From an uncultured Candidatus Saccharibacteria bacterium (lineage in GTDB: Bacteria; Patescibacteriota; CAZHWT01), in NCBI GenBank assembly GCA_964554805.1, contig CAZKPX010000004.1, positions 13,638 to 70,438 on the forward strand: DNA of 56,801 bases. The letters run 5' to 3'. The notes beneath the pieces are model-generated. The model did no database searches. It saw only the letters and a program-made list of their open reading frames with translations, and was not told the origin of the DNA. Made by a program: the position numbers and the translations under genes. Below are positions 1 to 9,317 of the stretch, piece after piece (position 1 is the first letter of the stretch; each line of letters opens with the position of its first letter).

Positions 1-2
1 CA

Positions 3-38
3 AAAATATCCCCACCGTCAAGGACGATGAGGATATTT
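3..38 (-). terminator. Hairpin plus T-run directly downstream of tRNA-Lys
   Basis: Minus strand reads AAATATCC...GGATATTTTTG. The inverted arms AAATATCC/GGATATTT are followed by a T-run immediately after the tRNA 3' end. Confidence 0.5.
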
Positions 39-113
39 TGGTGAGCCCGACAGGGCTCGAACCTGTGACGCTCTCCTTAAAAGGGAGACGCTCTACCACT
101 GAGCTACGGGCCC
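39..113 (-). tRNA. tRNA-Lys (anticodon UUU)
   Basis: The reverse complement folds as a cloverleaf. Acceptor GGGCCCG/CGGGCTC, D-arm GTAGCTCAGTGGTAGAGC, anticodon arm TCTCC-CTTTTAA-GGAGA, T-arm ACAGG-TTCGAGC-CCTGT, encoded CCA. Confidence 0.93.
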
Positions 114-338
114 GTACATAGGTAGGGGTATTGTATAGCTTTATTTTACTACTAAGGCCATTCGCGCCTCCCTTGGGAGACGAAATTAATTATTCTGCCG
201 GCTACGCCGTTGCCACTGAGCAATTTTAACTACACAAATCAAAATGCTTAATCAGAAATAAAGTTATCTACGGTCAAGCAGGCACTATATTACCATAGCA
301 GAGGCTTACAGGCAAGATTTGGCTTGCCTGGGATATTG

Positions 339-396
339 AATATAGGATATGGGATATTGATCAAACACAAAGACTATATCCAATATTCTATATCCT
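339..396. repeat. Imperfect inverted repeat built from GGATAT(T/A)GAATAT(A/T)GGATAT units
   Basis: GGGATATTGAATATAGGATATGGGATATTG (339-368) faces CTATATCCAATATTCTATATCC (374-396). It abuts the stop of the 397..675 ORF. Confidence 0.6.
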
Positions 397-675
397 CTAC
401 TTTGACTTAGTCGAAGTAGACTCTAGGTCTTTGATCTTCCATAAGAACAATTTACCTTTGTTTTTGGCGGCGGGATAGTCGGTGACGTAGGTGCGGGCTT
501 GTTCTAATAGTTGGCGAGGTTTGGTTTTGGCCAATTTGATATACATGGCCTTGCGATTTTCTTCGCCCATTTCCATAGCCAATCGATAGCCGTAGTCTTG
601 AAATTCTTGACTAATATAGTGTTGTTTTTCTTCAGGATCGAGCCGCTGAGGTAAGATGTTTGATATTTTATCCAT
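397..675 (-). CDS. Hypothetical small protein (92 aa from the ATG; the ORF track starts at an upstream TTG)
   Basis: Open frame MDKISNILPQRLDPEEKQHY.... ATG at 673-675. The upstream extension to 708 starts at TTG and runs into a repeat arm. No family recognised. Confidence 0.5.
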   Translation of the reverse strand: MDKISNILPQRLDPEEKQHYISQEFQDYGYRLAMEMGEENRKAMYIKLAKTKPRQLLEQARTYVTDYPAAKNKGKLFLWKIKDLESTSTKSK

Positions 676-697
676 TGGTCTAGGATACCATGATAAG

Positions 698-795
698 GCA
701 AAGGTCAAAAGGTAACGGTTAAAAATAGTTGCATAGCGCAGCGCCGTTTCCTTATTTTTTATTTTCTCCTTTAATTTTTGCCTTTTGACCTTTGC
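698..795. repeat. Inverted repeat of a low-complexity TTTGCC/TTTGAC module (hairpin of about 98 nt)
   Basis: GCAAAGGTCAAAAGG (698-712) is exactly complementary to CCTTTTGACCTTTGC (781-795). The same module recurs at 47738-47788, 52582-52633, 52729-52781 and 53118-53173. Confidence 0.7.
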
Positions 796-808
796 TTTTT
801 GATTTTAT

Positions 809-1174
809 CTAGCTTAGGTCGACGTTGGGGTAGACTTCTGTGTCTAGTTTTTTAGTTGTGGGGTTGACTTGGACTGAGACGACGTCGAATCTTAGGCTGT
901 CGGGGGTTTGGGGGTGGGTGAGTTTGTAATACTCGAAGGCTCGGCGGAGTTTTTGTTTCTTGTGAAAGGAGATGGCGTCCAATGGGGTGCCGTATTTGGC
1001 GGATGAGCGAGTTTTGACTTCTATGAATACCAGACTGCCTTGGTGGGTGGCGATAATATCGACTTCACCCCACCGACCAGAACGATAATTTTGCTCCAAA
1101 ATGCGGTAGCCTTGTTGTTTTAAAACAAGGACAGCTTGGTTTTCACCAAGCTGTCCAAGCGATTGATTGGTCAT
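809..1174 (-). CDS. yraN: YraN/UPF0102 family endonuclease
   Basis: 121 aa. GEVDIIA...LVFIEVKTR core typical of the YraN family. Confidence 0.85.
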   Translation of the reverse strand: MTNQSLGQLGENQAVLVLKQQGYRILEQNYRSGRWGEVDIIATHQGSLVFIEVKTRSSAKYGTPLDAISFHKKQKLRRAFEYYKLTHPQTPDSLRFDVVSVQVNPTTKKLDTEVYPNVDLS

Positions 1175-1182
1175 AGCCTAAC

Positions 1183-1797
1183 TTATTCGGCCTTTTTGGC
1201 TCGATTTGCTGAGCGAGTTCCGGTTTTCTTAGTCGCAGCCTTAGGAGTAGCTTCGGCTTTGCGGGCCAAACGAGCTGCTTTCTTCTCGGCTTTGGCGGCC
1301 TTGGTAGCAGTGTGGTCGCGAACAACCTTGCGCTCTTTGATAACATTGGCGGTTGAGCCAACAATATCGCGAAGGAAGTAGACTTTGGCGCGACGAGTAA
1401 CACCGCGGCGGCGCACTTCAAATGAAGCAAGGGCTGGTGAGTAAAGTGGGAAGATACGCTCAACAGCGATACCGCCGGCACCAATCTTGCGAATAGTGAA
1501 GGTTTTATTAACACCCATTCCCTTACGAGATAGGACGATACCTTCGAAGTATTGAATACGAACTTTTTCACCTTCTTTGATGCGAACACCTAGGCGAAGC
1601 GTATCACCGGCGCGGAAGTCGGGAATCGAAGTTTTAGAATCCGATGATGGCTCAATAGCCTCTTCTTCAGAAGATGCCTCAGCAACTTCTTCGGACGGAG
1701 TTTCTTCAACAGCAACCACTTCCTCGTTGGCGACTACCTGTTCGGTAGTATCTTCAGCTGGGTTTTCTCGTTCGGTTGTTTGTGTATTATCTGCCAT
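1183..1797 (-). CDS. rplS: 50S ribosomal protein L19 with an acidic N-terminal and a Lys/Ala-rich C-terminal extension
   Basis: Core IPDFRAGDTLRLGVRIKEGEKVRIQYFEGIVLSRKG...IRKIGAGGIAVERIFPLYSP is canonical L19. About 55 extra acidic aa at the N-terminus and about 60 KA-rich aa at the C-terminus. Confidence 0.95.
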   Translation of the reverse strand: MADNTQTTERENPAEDTTEQVVANEEVVAVEETPSEEVAEASSEEEAIEPSSDSKTSIPDFRAGDTLRLGVRIKEGEKVRIQYFEGIVLSRKGMGVNKTFTIRKIGAGGIAVERIFPLYSPALASFEVRRRGVTRRAKVYFLRDIVGSTANVIKERKVVRDHTATKAAKAEKKAARLARKAEATPKAATKKTGTRSANRAKKAE

Positions 1798-1859
1798 AAA
1801 AATGTCCCTTAGGGGTAAGAGTCTTTAACAATTGCTCATTTGTGCTTAATAACCACAGG

Positions 1860-1889
1860 AGTATACCATAGACCTCCCCGCTGGTGCAA
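1860..1889 (-). promoter_or_regulatory. Candidate sigma70 promoter for rplS
   Basis: Minus strand: TTGCAC (1884-1889), 18-nt spacer, TGG-TATACT (-10 at 1860-1865). About 60 nt upstream of the rplS ATG. Confidence 0.4.
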
Positions 1890-1903
1890 GACGCGAGTCA
1901 GGG

Positions 1904-4900
1904 CTAATTGGTTGCGCTGGTAGGTATCGCTGGTAGTCCTAACAGGCTGGATAATTGCTGTTGCAATTCTGCTGATCGACCATCGACTTTCATCGGCAAT
2001 TTCATGGTTCGCTGGTTGCCGCTTCCTCCTGGCAGCACAAGGGATACCTCAGTGCCACCGGGGTGGGAGTCAATAATTTTGCGGAGATCTTGCAGCAAGG
2101 CTGCTTGCCCCATAGCCGGAATACTAATAATAATATGTTGATCAGACATGACTAGAGGTGTTTTGAGAGTGGCCGCTTGCGTTGAGTGCAGGGCATGAGC
2201 GACATCCTGACTATCTATCAGAGATTCGGCTAATATCTTGATGCCTCGTTCGTCTTTGTTATCTACCCGACCGTTAACTACCACGATAGCATCCTCGATC
2301 AGATATTGCTTACAGACTTCATAGGTTTTAGGGAAAATGACTATCTCCAACTCAGCAGTTCCATCAGAGATACTGACAAAAGCCATTTCGGCATTTGAAG
2401 CCTTGGTGTAGATTTTGCGCATTTTAGTTATCATGCCACCTGCGGTTACAACCTGCCCAACCACCTCATCATCAATGGCGCCTAGAGTGTGCGTAACTTT
2501 GCCATATAAATCTTTTTCGACTTTCTTGAGGGGGTTGGAGGTGATGTATAAGCCCATCAATTCTTTTTCCCAGGCTGCTCTCTCCAACAGCGATGCCTCG
2601 TCGATAGACGGTAGCGGCGTAGCGGCTACTTTGGTTGATGAGTTATCTTCTAGCGTATCGAATAAACTGCCCTGGTTGGCCGAACCCCTACCCTTGCTGA
2701 CCTTCTCAATGACACTGTCCAGGATGGCCAACAAGGCTGAGCGAGGACCCATATCATCTAGGGCTCCTGCCTTAATGAGAGACTCGAGGGCGCGCTTATT
2801 CAATGAGCCACCGGTGGCCCGAGAAACCAAGTCATCCAAACTGGAAAATTCTCCGTTAGCTAGACGAGCGTTCTCAATAGCTGATACTGGCCCTTCGCCG
2901 ACGTTTTTAATAGCGGTCAAACCAAACCGGACATTACCATCCTCTACTTTAAATGAGTAGCTAGAATAACTGATGTTAGGTGGCAAAACTTTGATATTCA
3001 TTCGTTCACATTCAGAGATAGCCTGAGCTACTTTTTCTGAATCACCCGATTCAGCAGTTAATACAGCACACATGAATTCGGCTGGATAATTGGCTTTGAG
3101 GTAGGCAGTCATGTAGGCGAGATAGCCGTACGAGGCGGCGTGAGCCTTGTTGAACCCGTAGCCAGCGAAGGTCTCTATTTGCAGCCACAACTCTTCAACC
3201 GCTTCTTTGGCCATGCCTCGTTCAATGATTTGGGTGAAGAACTTTTCTTTTTGAGCTGCCATTTCTGAAACGATTTTCTTGCCGATAGCTTTGCGGAATT
3301 TATCCACTTCTCCCCAATCATAGCCAGCCATGTCAATAGCCAGAGACAACACGTCGTCTTGGTAGACAATAAGTCCAAAGGATCGATCGAGGATTTTGTC
3401 CATGCGAGGATCTAGGTAGACTACTTTGCTCGGGTCGCGCTTCCGTTCAATATACTGAGGGATGAAATTCATTGGGCCAGGTCGATAGAGGGCCACCATA
3501 GCCATCACGTCAAAAATTGTTGATGGCTGGAGTTGTTTGATATACTGGCGCATCCCTGATGATTCAAGTTGGAATATACCTGTGGTTTCGCCCGACGATA
3601 ACACTTTATACGCCGGTAGATCGTCTAGAGGTAAGTTGTCTAAATCAACGGTAATATTTCGCTCTTTTTGAATTATTTTGTTGGCGTTGGAAATAATAGT
3701 CAGGTTGCGCAGACCTAGAAAATCAATCTTGAGGAGGCCCATATCTTCTAAGCCATGAGCATCGTACTGGGTTATGATCTTTTCGCCATGAGCTTCGCGC
3801 TGGAGCGGACTAAATTCTGTCATGGGTCTTGGAGCAACCACCACCCCGGCAGCATGGACTGAAGCATGTCGAATTAGGCCTTCAAGCTGTTTGGCCATAT
3901 CTAGCAGACGCTTGTAATCAGGATTGGTAGCGTAGAGCTCCTTTAGTTCAGGCACTGTATCGATGGCTTTGGTGATTGAGTTGCCGGTTGGAATTAATTT
4001 GGACAATCGGTCGGGGTCAGCATATGGAAAACCTAATGCACGACCGACATCACGAATGGCCGCCTTGGCTTCCATTTTTCCAAAGGTAATGATTTGAGCC
4101 ACATGATCAACGCCATATTTTTCGGTAACGTAGCGAATCACATCATCGCGACGAACATCTTCGAAATCCATATCAATATCGGGCGGTGACGGGCGGAAGG
4201 GATTGAGGAATCGTTCAAATGGTAGCTCAAAGTAGATAGGATCGATACCGGTGATGTTCATGCAGTAGGAAACGAGTGATCCGGCGGCTGAACCGCGACC
4301 CGGGCCAACTGCAATACCCTGATCCTTGGCCCAGACTGTAAAGTCGGACACGATCAGGAAGTAGGCAGAATAACCTTTGGTGGCAATAACTTCCAACTCA
4401 TAATCGGCTCGCTGACGAATTGTCTTATCTTTGTCGGATAACTCCTCCAGAGGGATGGAGCCATCAACATCGTAGCGCCACTTCATGCCTTCATAAACTT
4501 TTTCTCGTAAATAGGTATCAACATTGTGACCTTCAGGTACGGGGAAGTATGGTAAGACCCAGTCGCCGCCAATCTGTATCTCAACATTGCAGCGCTCGGC
4601 TATTTTGACTGTATTCGCCATGGCTTCAGGATGATTTGGTAGGACTTGGGCCATTTCTTCAGCAGTTTTAAGATACAGATCCGGGGTCTCTTTCATGGAG
4701 AAGCGGCTCGGATCATCAACGTTTTTACCAATCTGAATAGCAACTAAGACATCCTGCGCTTCAACATCCTCGGCGCGAACATAGTGGACATCGTTCGTTA
4801 CGATCAACGGGATTTTGTATTCTTCAGCGAATTGAAGCAACACAGGATTAACGACTTCTTCATCTTTTAGCTTGTGGTCTTGGACCTCCATAAAGAAGTT

Positions 4901-5407
4901 GTCCTTACCAAAGGTGTCTTGATAGAACTTGGTCACTTCGCGGGCTCGCGTCAGATCGCCCTTGAGAATGGCTTGCTGGATTTGACCGCCTAGGCAGGCT
5001 GAGGTGCAGATAATCCCCTCACTGTGCATTTGAAGTAATTCCCAGTCAACGCGAGGCTTGTAGTAATACCCCTCTAAATTGGCCTTGGTGACAAGCTGAA
5101 GAAGGTTTTTATAGCCTTGCAGGTTTTCGGCCAAAAGCAATAAGTGGTTGCGCTCTTGATCAAAACCGGCCTCTTTGTCGTGTCGTGAGCGCGTGGCAAC
5201 ATAGACTTCACAACCTAATATAGGTTTAATGCCAGCTTTTTTACACTGCTTATAAAATTCAAGCGCGCCATACATATTGCCATGATCGGTTAGAGCCAAG
5301 GCTTCAAAACCCAGCTCTTTAGCTCTGGCAATCAGATCTGGAATTCTTCCCAGACCATCCAGCATTGAATATTCAGAATGTACATGTAAGTGAACGAAGT
5401 CGGCCAT
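1904..5407 (-). CDS. dnaE: DNA polymerase III alpha subunit
   Basis: 1167 aa. N-terminal PHP motif FVHLHVHSEYSMLDG, polymerase core and OB-fold region. Long uninterrupted ORF. Confidence 0.97.
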   Translation of the reverse strand: MADFVHLHVHSEYSMLDGLGRIPDLIARAKELGFEALALTDHGNMYGALEFYKQCKKAGIKPILGCEVYVATRSRHDKEAGFDQERNHLLLLAENLQGYKNLLQLVTKANLEGYYYKPRVDWELLQMHSEGIICTSACLGGQIQQAILKGDLTRAREVTKFYQDTFGKDNFFMEVQDHKLKDEEVVNPVLLQFAEEYKIPLIVTNDVHYVRAEDVEAQDVLVAIQIGKNVDDPSRFSMKETPDLYLKTAEEMAQVLPNHPEAMANTVKIAERCNVEIQIGGDWVLPYFPVPEGHNVDTYLREKVYEGMKWRYDVDGSIPLEELSDKDKTIRQRADYELEVIATKGYSAYFLIVSDFTVWAKDQGIAVGPGRGSAAGSLVSYCMNITGIDPIYFELPFERFLNPFRPSPPDIDMDFEDVRRDDVIRYVTEKYGVDHVAQIITFGKMEAKAAIRDVGRALGFPYADPDRLSKLIPTGNSITKAIDTVPELKELYATNPDYKRLLDMAKQLEGLIRHASVHAAGVVVAPRPMTEFSPLQREAHGEKIITQYDAHGLEDMGLLKIDFLGLRNLTIISNANKIIQKERNITVDLDNLPLDDLPAYKVLSSGETTGIFQLESSGMRQYIKQLQPSTIFDVMAMVALYRPGPMNFIPQYIERKRDPSKVVYLDPRMDKILDRSFGLIVYQDDVLSLAIDMAGYDWGEVDKFRKAIGKKIVSEMAAQKEKFFTQIIERGMAKEAVEELWLQIETFAGYGFNKAHAASYGYLAYMTAYLKANYPAEFMCAVLTAESGDSEKVAQAISECERMNIKVLPPNISYSSYSFKVEDGNVRFGLTAIKNVGEGPVSAIENARLANGEFSSLDDLVSRATGGSLNKRALESLIKAGALDDMGPRSALLAILDSVIEKVSKGRGSANQGSLFDTLEDNSSTKVAATPLPSIDEASLLERAAWEKELMGLYITSNPLKKVEKDLYGKVTHTLGAIDDEVVGQVVTAGGMITKMRKIYTKASNAEMAFVSISDGTAELEIVIFPKTYEVCKQYLIEDAIVVVNGRVDNKDERGIKILAESLIDSQDVAHALHSTQAATLKTPLVMSDQHIIISIPAMGQAALLQDLRKIIDSHPGGTEVSLVLPGGSGNQRTMKLPMKVDGRSAELQQQLSSLLGLPAIPTSATN

Positions 5408-5537
5408 GCGATACCCCAGATCATATTTAATCTACTGTTACTATGAACTAGCTACTGGGGTATGGTCAACGTCTATAATTGCCGTAGACATGGCAGACGT
5501 AGCACTATTAGCTTCAGCTGACAGCCGTTACTAATTA

Positions 5538-7028
5538 CTACTCTAGGTCTAGGCCAAGCTGCTTGGCTAGGACGCGACGAACCGTATCTGGCTTGGCTTG
5601 ACCGCGAGTTTGTTTCATGACTTGACCTACCAAGAACTGAGCGGCTGACATCTTGCCATTTTTGATGTTGTTGACTGCATCCTGATTGTCTCGGATAACT
5701 TGGTCAATAATGGGTATAAGCTGATCTTGGCTATCGATTTGCTGTAGGCCTAAGGCTTGGACTAGTTGGGCAGGCGACTGTCCAGTTTGATACATGTCGA
5801 CCAAAACCTGTTTGGCGCTGGCTGCTGATATGGCCTGTTTGTCGACCATAGCTAGTAATTCGGACAAGGCCTGCGGCGTGAGTTGCGATTGATCAATTGA
5901 TTGTTGAGCTTGATTATTAAGCTTGGCCACTTCGCCCAACAGCCAGTTGGCAACTGTTTTGGCAGCTGCTTGATGATCCTGCTGCGTCATTTGGTCCAGC
6001 TGTTGGACTGCTTGCTCGTACCAGTCCGCCGACACTCTCTCCTCAGTTAGGAGCTGTGCATCATAGTTGGATAAGCCATATTGGCCCACAAAACGTTGTT
6101 TTTTGGCCTGTGGCATTTCTGGAAGAGTAGCCCTAATCGACTCAACCCATTGCCGATCAATGGCTAGTGGCGGGATGTCCGGTTCGGGGAAATAACGGTA
6201 ATCATGGGCATCCTCCTTGCTGCGCTGGCCCATGGTTTTGCCCTTGGCTTCGTCCCATCCCCGGGTCTCTTGAATAATAGGTTGCCCGGACTTGAGGAAC
6301 TCTGCTTGGCGACCAACCTCATACTCAACTGCCCGCTCGATGGCTTTGAAGGAGTTGACGTTTTTGACTTCGACACGGTTATTTAAAAGATAGCCGTCTA
6401 CCCCTACAAGCCCATCGTCTTGATTGCGCCATTTGCCTTTTTCTTGTAGTGATATATTAATATCTGCCCGCATGACGCCTTTCTCTAAGCTACCCTCATT
6501 TACTCCGATATATCTAGCCAGCTGGCGAAGTGCCTGCACATAGCTTTTGGCTTGAGCTGCCGAGTGCATGACTGGCTTTGACACTATCTCCAAGAGCGGG
6601 GTGCCGCCTTTATTAAAATTAACTAGGCTATATTGGCCTTGATGAGAAAGTTTGCCCACATCCTCTTCTAGATGGGCCCTAACTAGCTCGATCGGCTGAC
6701 CATCAACCTCGATATAGCCACCTATAGCCAGCGGTTGCTCATACTGGGTGATCTGATAGGCTTTGGCCAGATCAGGATAAAAATAATTCTTTCGATCAAA
6801 ATGCGCATGACTGGCAATGGTGCTGTTGAGGGCTAGACCGACTAAGATAGCTTTATCAATAGCCTTTTTATTGGCCACCGGCAGCGCCCCTGGTAAGCCA
6901 AGGCACGTAGGGCAGGTTAAGGTATTAGGGTCTGCCTGCCAGCTGGCAGTAGAGCACTGACAGAACATCTTGGTATCAGTGTTGAGTTGGATATGTGTTT
7001 CTATGCCGATTATTACATCAAATTCCAT
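5538..7028 (-). CDS. gatB: Asp/Glu-tRNA amidotransferase subunit B
   Basis: 496 aa. IGIETHIQLNT...FCQC...CPTCLGLPGALP N-terminus and C-terminal YqeY-like tail typical of GatB. Confidence 0.95.
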   Translation of the reverse strand: MEFDVIIGIETHIQLNTDTKMFCQCSTASWQADPNTLTCPTCLGLPGALPVANKKAIDKAILVGLALNSTIASHAHFDRKNYFYPDLAKAYQITQYEQPLAIGGYIEVDGQPIELVRAHLEEDVGKLSHQGQYSLVNFNKGGTPLLEIVSKPVMHSAAQAKSYVQALRQLARYIGVNEGSLEKGVMRADINISLQEKGKWRNQDDGLVGVDGYLLNNRVEVKNVNSFKAIERAVEYEVGRQAEFLKSGQPIIQETRGWDEAKGKTMGQRSKEDAHDYRYFPEPDIPPLAIDRQWVESIRATLPEMPQAKKQRFVGQYGLSNYDAQLLTEERVSADWYEQAVQQLDQMTQQDHQAAAKTVANWLLGEVAKLNNQAQQSIDQSQLTPQALSELLAMVDKQAISAASAKQVLVDMYQTGQSPAQLVQALGLQQIDSQDQLIPIIDQVIRDNQDAVNNIKNGKMSAAQFLVGQVMKQTRGQAKPDTVRRVLAKQLGLDLE

Positions 7029-7051
7029 AGCTGAACTCTTTTCCTTAACTT

Positions 7052-7510
7052 TTACATTACCCGCAATTGTTGTAGGGCGGCCTTAAACTGATTGAGGTGT
7101 TGTCGGGCTACTGATTTTGGCACATCAAATGATAGCTCATGTGCCAAGGCATTGCGCATCTTGTGGGCCTGCCACAATCCGTCATAAACGGCGTTATTGC
7201 CAAAATATGACCGAGCATCCTTTAGCCGATCGCCCATACTTTGGCCATCAAATCCTTTTTGCTTCAGAGCCGTATCTACCAACTTATCTGCTTCCATAAG
7301 GGCCGCCTTGGTTGATTCTGTACCCTGCTGCTCCATCAGTTGCTCTATTCTGGACCAGTGTTGATGATATTGTTGGGCACTAAGTCCGGCCGACACAGTG
7401 CCGCTTTTGCGGGTTTTTTTATTTGCTGCGGATGGCTTGCGCGAGACCATCCACCAAATTGAGCCGCCGACAACCAAGGCTAATACTAGGGCAATAGGTC
7501 CATAATCCAT
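7052..7510 (-). CDS. Hypothetical membrane-anchored protein inserted between gatA and gatB
   Basis: 152 aa. One N-terminal TM segment (PIALVLALVVGGSIWWMV) and a helical C-terminal domain containing RNALAH. Its start ATG shares one nt with the gatA TAA (TAATG at 7508-7512). Confidence 0.7.
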   Translation of the reverse strand: MDYGPIALVLALVVGGSIWWMVSRKPSAANKKTRKSGTVSAGLSAQQYHQHWSRIEQLMEQQGTESTKAALMEADKLVDTALKQKGFDGQSMGDRLKDARSYFGNNAVYDGLWQAHKMRNALAHELSFDVPKSVARQHLNQFKAALQQLRVM

Positions 7511-8988
7511 TAGTTATCCTCCTGAGATATGCTTACTTGTGGCCGGCGGGCATGCCAATCAGTGATCTGTTGGTACTGATACCCCCAATTAAAGAGTTTT
7601 TCTTCGCTGAATTGTGGGCCTATAATTTGAATGCCAACCGGCAAGCTTTGACTAAATCCAGCCGGCAATGATAGCGCTGGAACGCCTGCCAGATTCATAG
7701 GCACCGTCATAATATCAGACAGGTACATGGCCAGCGGATCATCTTTCTTTTGGCCTAACTTAAAGGGCAGGTCGGCTGCAACTGGGGCCAATAGTCCGTC
7801 TACCTGAGAGAATACCTGATCAAAATCTTGCTTAACCAAGGTTCGTACCTTTTGGGCTTTGGTATAGTAGGCGTCGTAATACCCTGAGGATAGCGCATAC
7901 GTCCCCAACATGATTCGTCGCTTTGCCTCAGCCCCAAATCCCTCAGCTCGAGACTTTTGATAGAGCTCAAGTAAATCTTGTGCCTGCTCGGCACTGTGCC
8001 CGTAGCGAATGCCGTCCAATCGAGCTAAATTCGAAGATATCTCTGATGAAGCCAGAATATAGTAAGCTGCCAAGGCTGCCGAAGCATTGGGGAGTTCTAC
8101 TTCGACAAACGTGACACCGAGTTTTTGATAGTCACTGATGGCCTGTTCAACAATTTGTGCAACTTGCGGATTAAGGCCTTGGTGACTCATAAAGCTCTTG
8201 ACTAAGCCGAGCTTTAATCCGGCTAATGGTTTTGATACATGTGCAGCATAATTGGGTACGGCAATTGGGCTTGAGGTTCCATCTCGAGCATCCGGTCCAG
8301 CCATCACTTGAAAGGCAGTGACTAAGTCTTCGACTGAGCCGGCAAAGCAGCCTATGCTATCAAATGATGAGCCCATGGCGATCACACCATACCGCGATAC
8401 CCGTCCGTAGCTGGGCTTGAGCCCGACTGTATTGGTATATGAAGCTGGTAATCTAATCGATCCGCCGGTATCTGAGCCTGTGGCTAGTAACGCCTGGCCT
8501 GCAGCAACAGCCACAGCTGAGCCACCGCTTGATCCACCAGGCACATACTCAGTATTCCAAGGATTTTTGGTCGGGCCAAAGTCGCTATTCTCAGTTGACG
8601 AGCCGTGGGCAAATGCATCCATATTGGCTTTGCCAAGGGTTATGGCGCCTGCTTGCTTGAATTTTGTGGTCACCGTGGCATCATAGTGCCCGATATAATT
8701 GGCAAGCATGGTGGAGCCAGCAGTGGTTTTGACACCTTCGGTAAGGAAGTTATCTTTGTGAACGATCGGTACTCCAAATAAAGGTAATTCGTCGATTTGA
8801 TCAAGGTGCTGATCGTAATATTTGGCCTGCTCGAGTGCCTGATCGGCAGTAATAGTGATAAGTGAATTCAGCGCAGGCTGAGATTGCTCAATATGCTGCA
8901 GGTAATCAGTTATCATCTCAGCAACTGACATTGTCTTTGATTTGAGGCTGCTCTTGTAGTCGATAAGGGTGGTAGGCCTGGTGGACAT
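7510..8988 (-). CDS. gatA: Asp/Glu-tRNA amidotransferase subunit A (amidase family)
   Basis: 492 aa. Amidase signature GGSSGGSAVAVAAG...GSDTGGSIRLPAS. Confidence 0.95.
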   Translation of the reverse strand: MSTRPTTLIDYKSSLKSKTMSVAEMITDYLQHIEQSQPALNSLITITADQALEQAKYYDQHLDQIDELPLFGVPIVHKDNFLTEGVKTTAGSTMLANYIGHYDATVTTKFKQAGAITLGKANMDAFAHGSSTENSDFGPTKNPWNTEYVPGGSSGGSAVAVAAGQALLATGSDTGGSIRLPASYTNTVGLKPSYGRVSRYGVIAMGSSFDSIGCFAGSVEDLVTAFQVMAGPDARDGTSSPIAVPNYAAHVSKPLAGLKLGLVKSFMSHQGLNPQVAQIVEQAISDYQKLGVTFVEVELPNASAALAAYYILASSEISSNLARLDGIRYGHSAEQAQDLLELYQKSRAEGFGAEAKRRIMLGTYALSSGYYDAYYTKAQKVRTLVKQDFDQVFSQVDGLLAPVAADLPFKLGQKKDDPLAMYLSDIMTVPMNLAGVPALSLPAGFSQSLPVGIQIIGPQFSEEKLFNWGYQYQQITDWHARRPQVSISQEDN

Positions 8989-8993
8989 AATAA

Positions 8994-9299
8994 CTAACCT
9001 TCCCCCATAACCTTAGGTACGACAAATTGTCCGTCCTGCGACTGCCTGGCTTGCGATGTGGCTAATGATTGCTGAAGACTTGCGGCTGGCTGGTCTTGAT
9101 CATGCCATATGTTAGTCAGACCTGCCACTTGACTGGTTGGTTGGATATCGTCAGTTGGAATGGCGTTGAGTATGGTCATATTATAATCAATTACCTGACT
9201 TAGCTGTTGAGAAAATAGTTCAATTTCGGCTTGAGATAGCTCAATGCGGGCTAGCTTGGCAATATGTTTAACTGTTTGTTGTGGAATTCGCTCGGCCAT
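8994..9299 (-). CDS. gatC: Asp/Glu-tRNA amidotransferase subunit C
   Basis: 101 aa. HIAKLARIELSQAEIELFSQQLSQVIDY motif, 5 nt upstream of gatA. Confidence 0.9.
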   Translation of the reverse strand: MAERIPQQTVKHIAKLARIELSQAEIELFSQQLSQVIDYNMTILNAIPTDDIQPTSQVAGLTNIWHDQDQPAASLQQSLATSQARQSQDGQFVVPKVMGEG

Positions 9300-9317
9300 A
9301 TAAATAATTTCCTCTCC

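Noticed and set aside
1136-1828. ORFs 1136..1381, 1143..1589 and 1577..1828 overlapping rplS.
   Set aside because: They are antisense or off-frame shadows of a canonical L19 gene with low-complexity extensions.
2415-2960. ORF 2415..2960 (181 aa, plus strand) and other plus-strand ORFs inside dnaE, gatA, ftsZ, ftsA, ftsW, the ligase paralogue and ftsI.
   Set aside because: All lie antisense within long, clearly homologous minus-strand genes and have no recognisable motifs.
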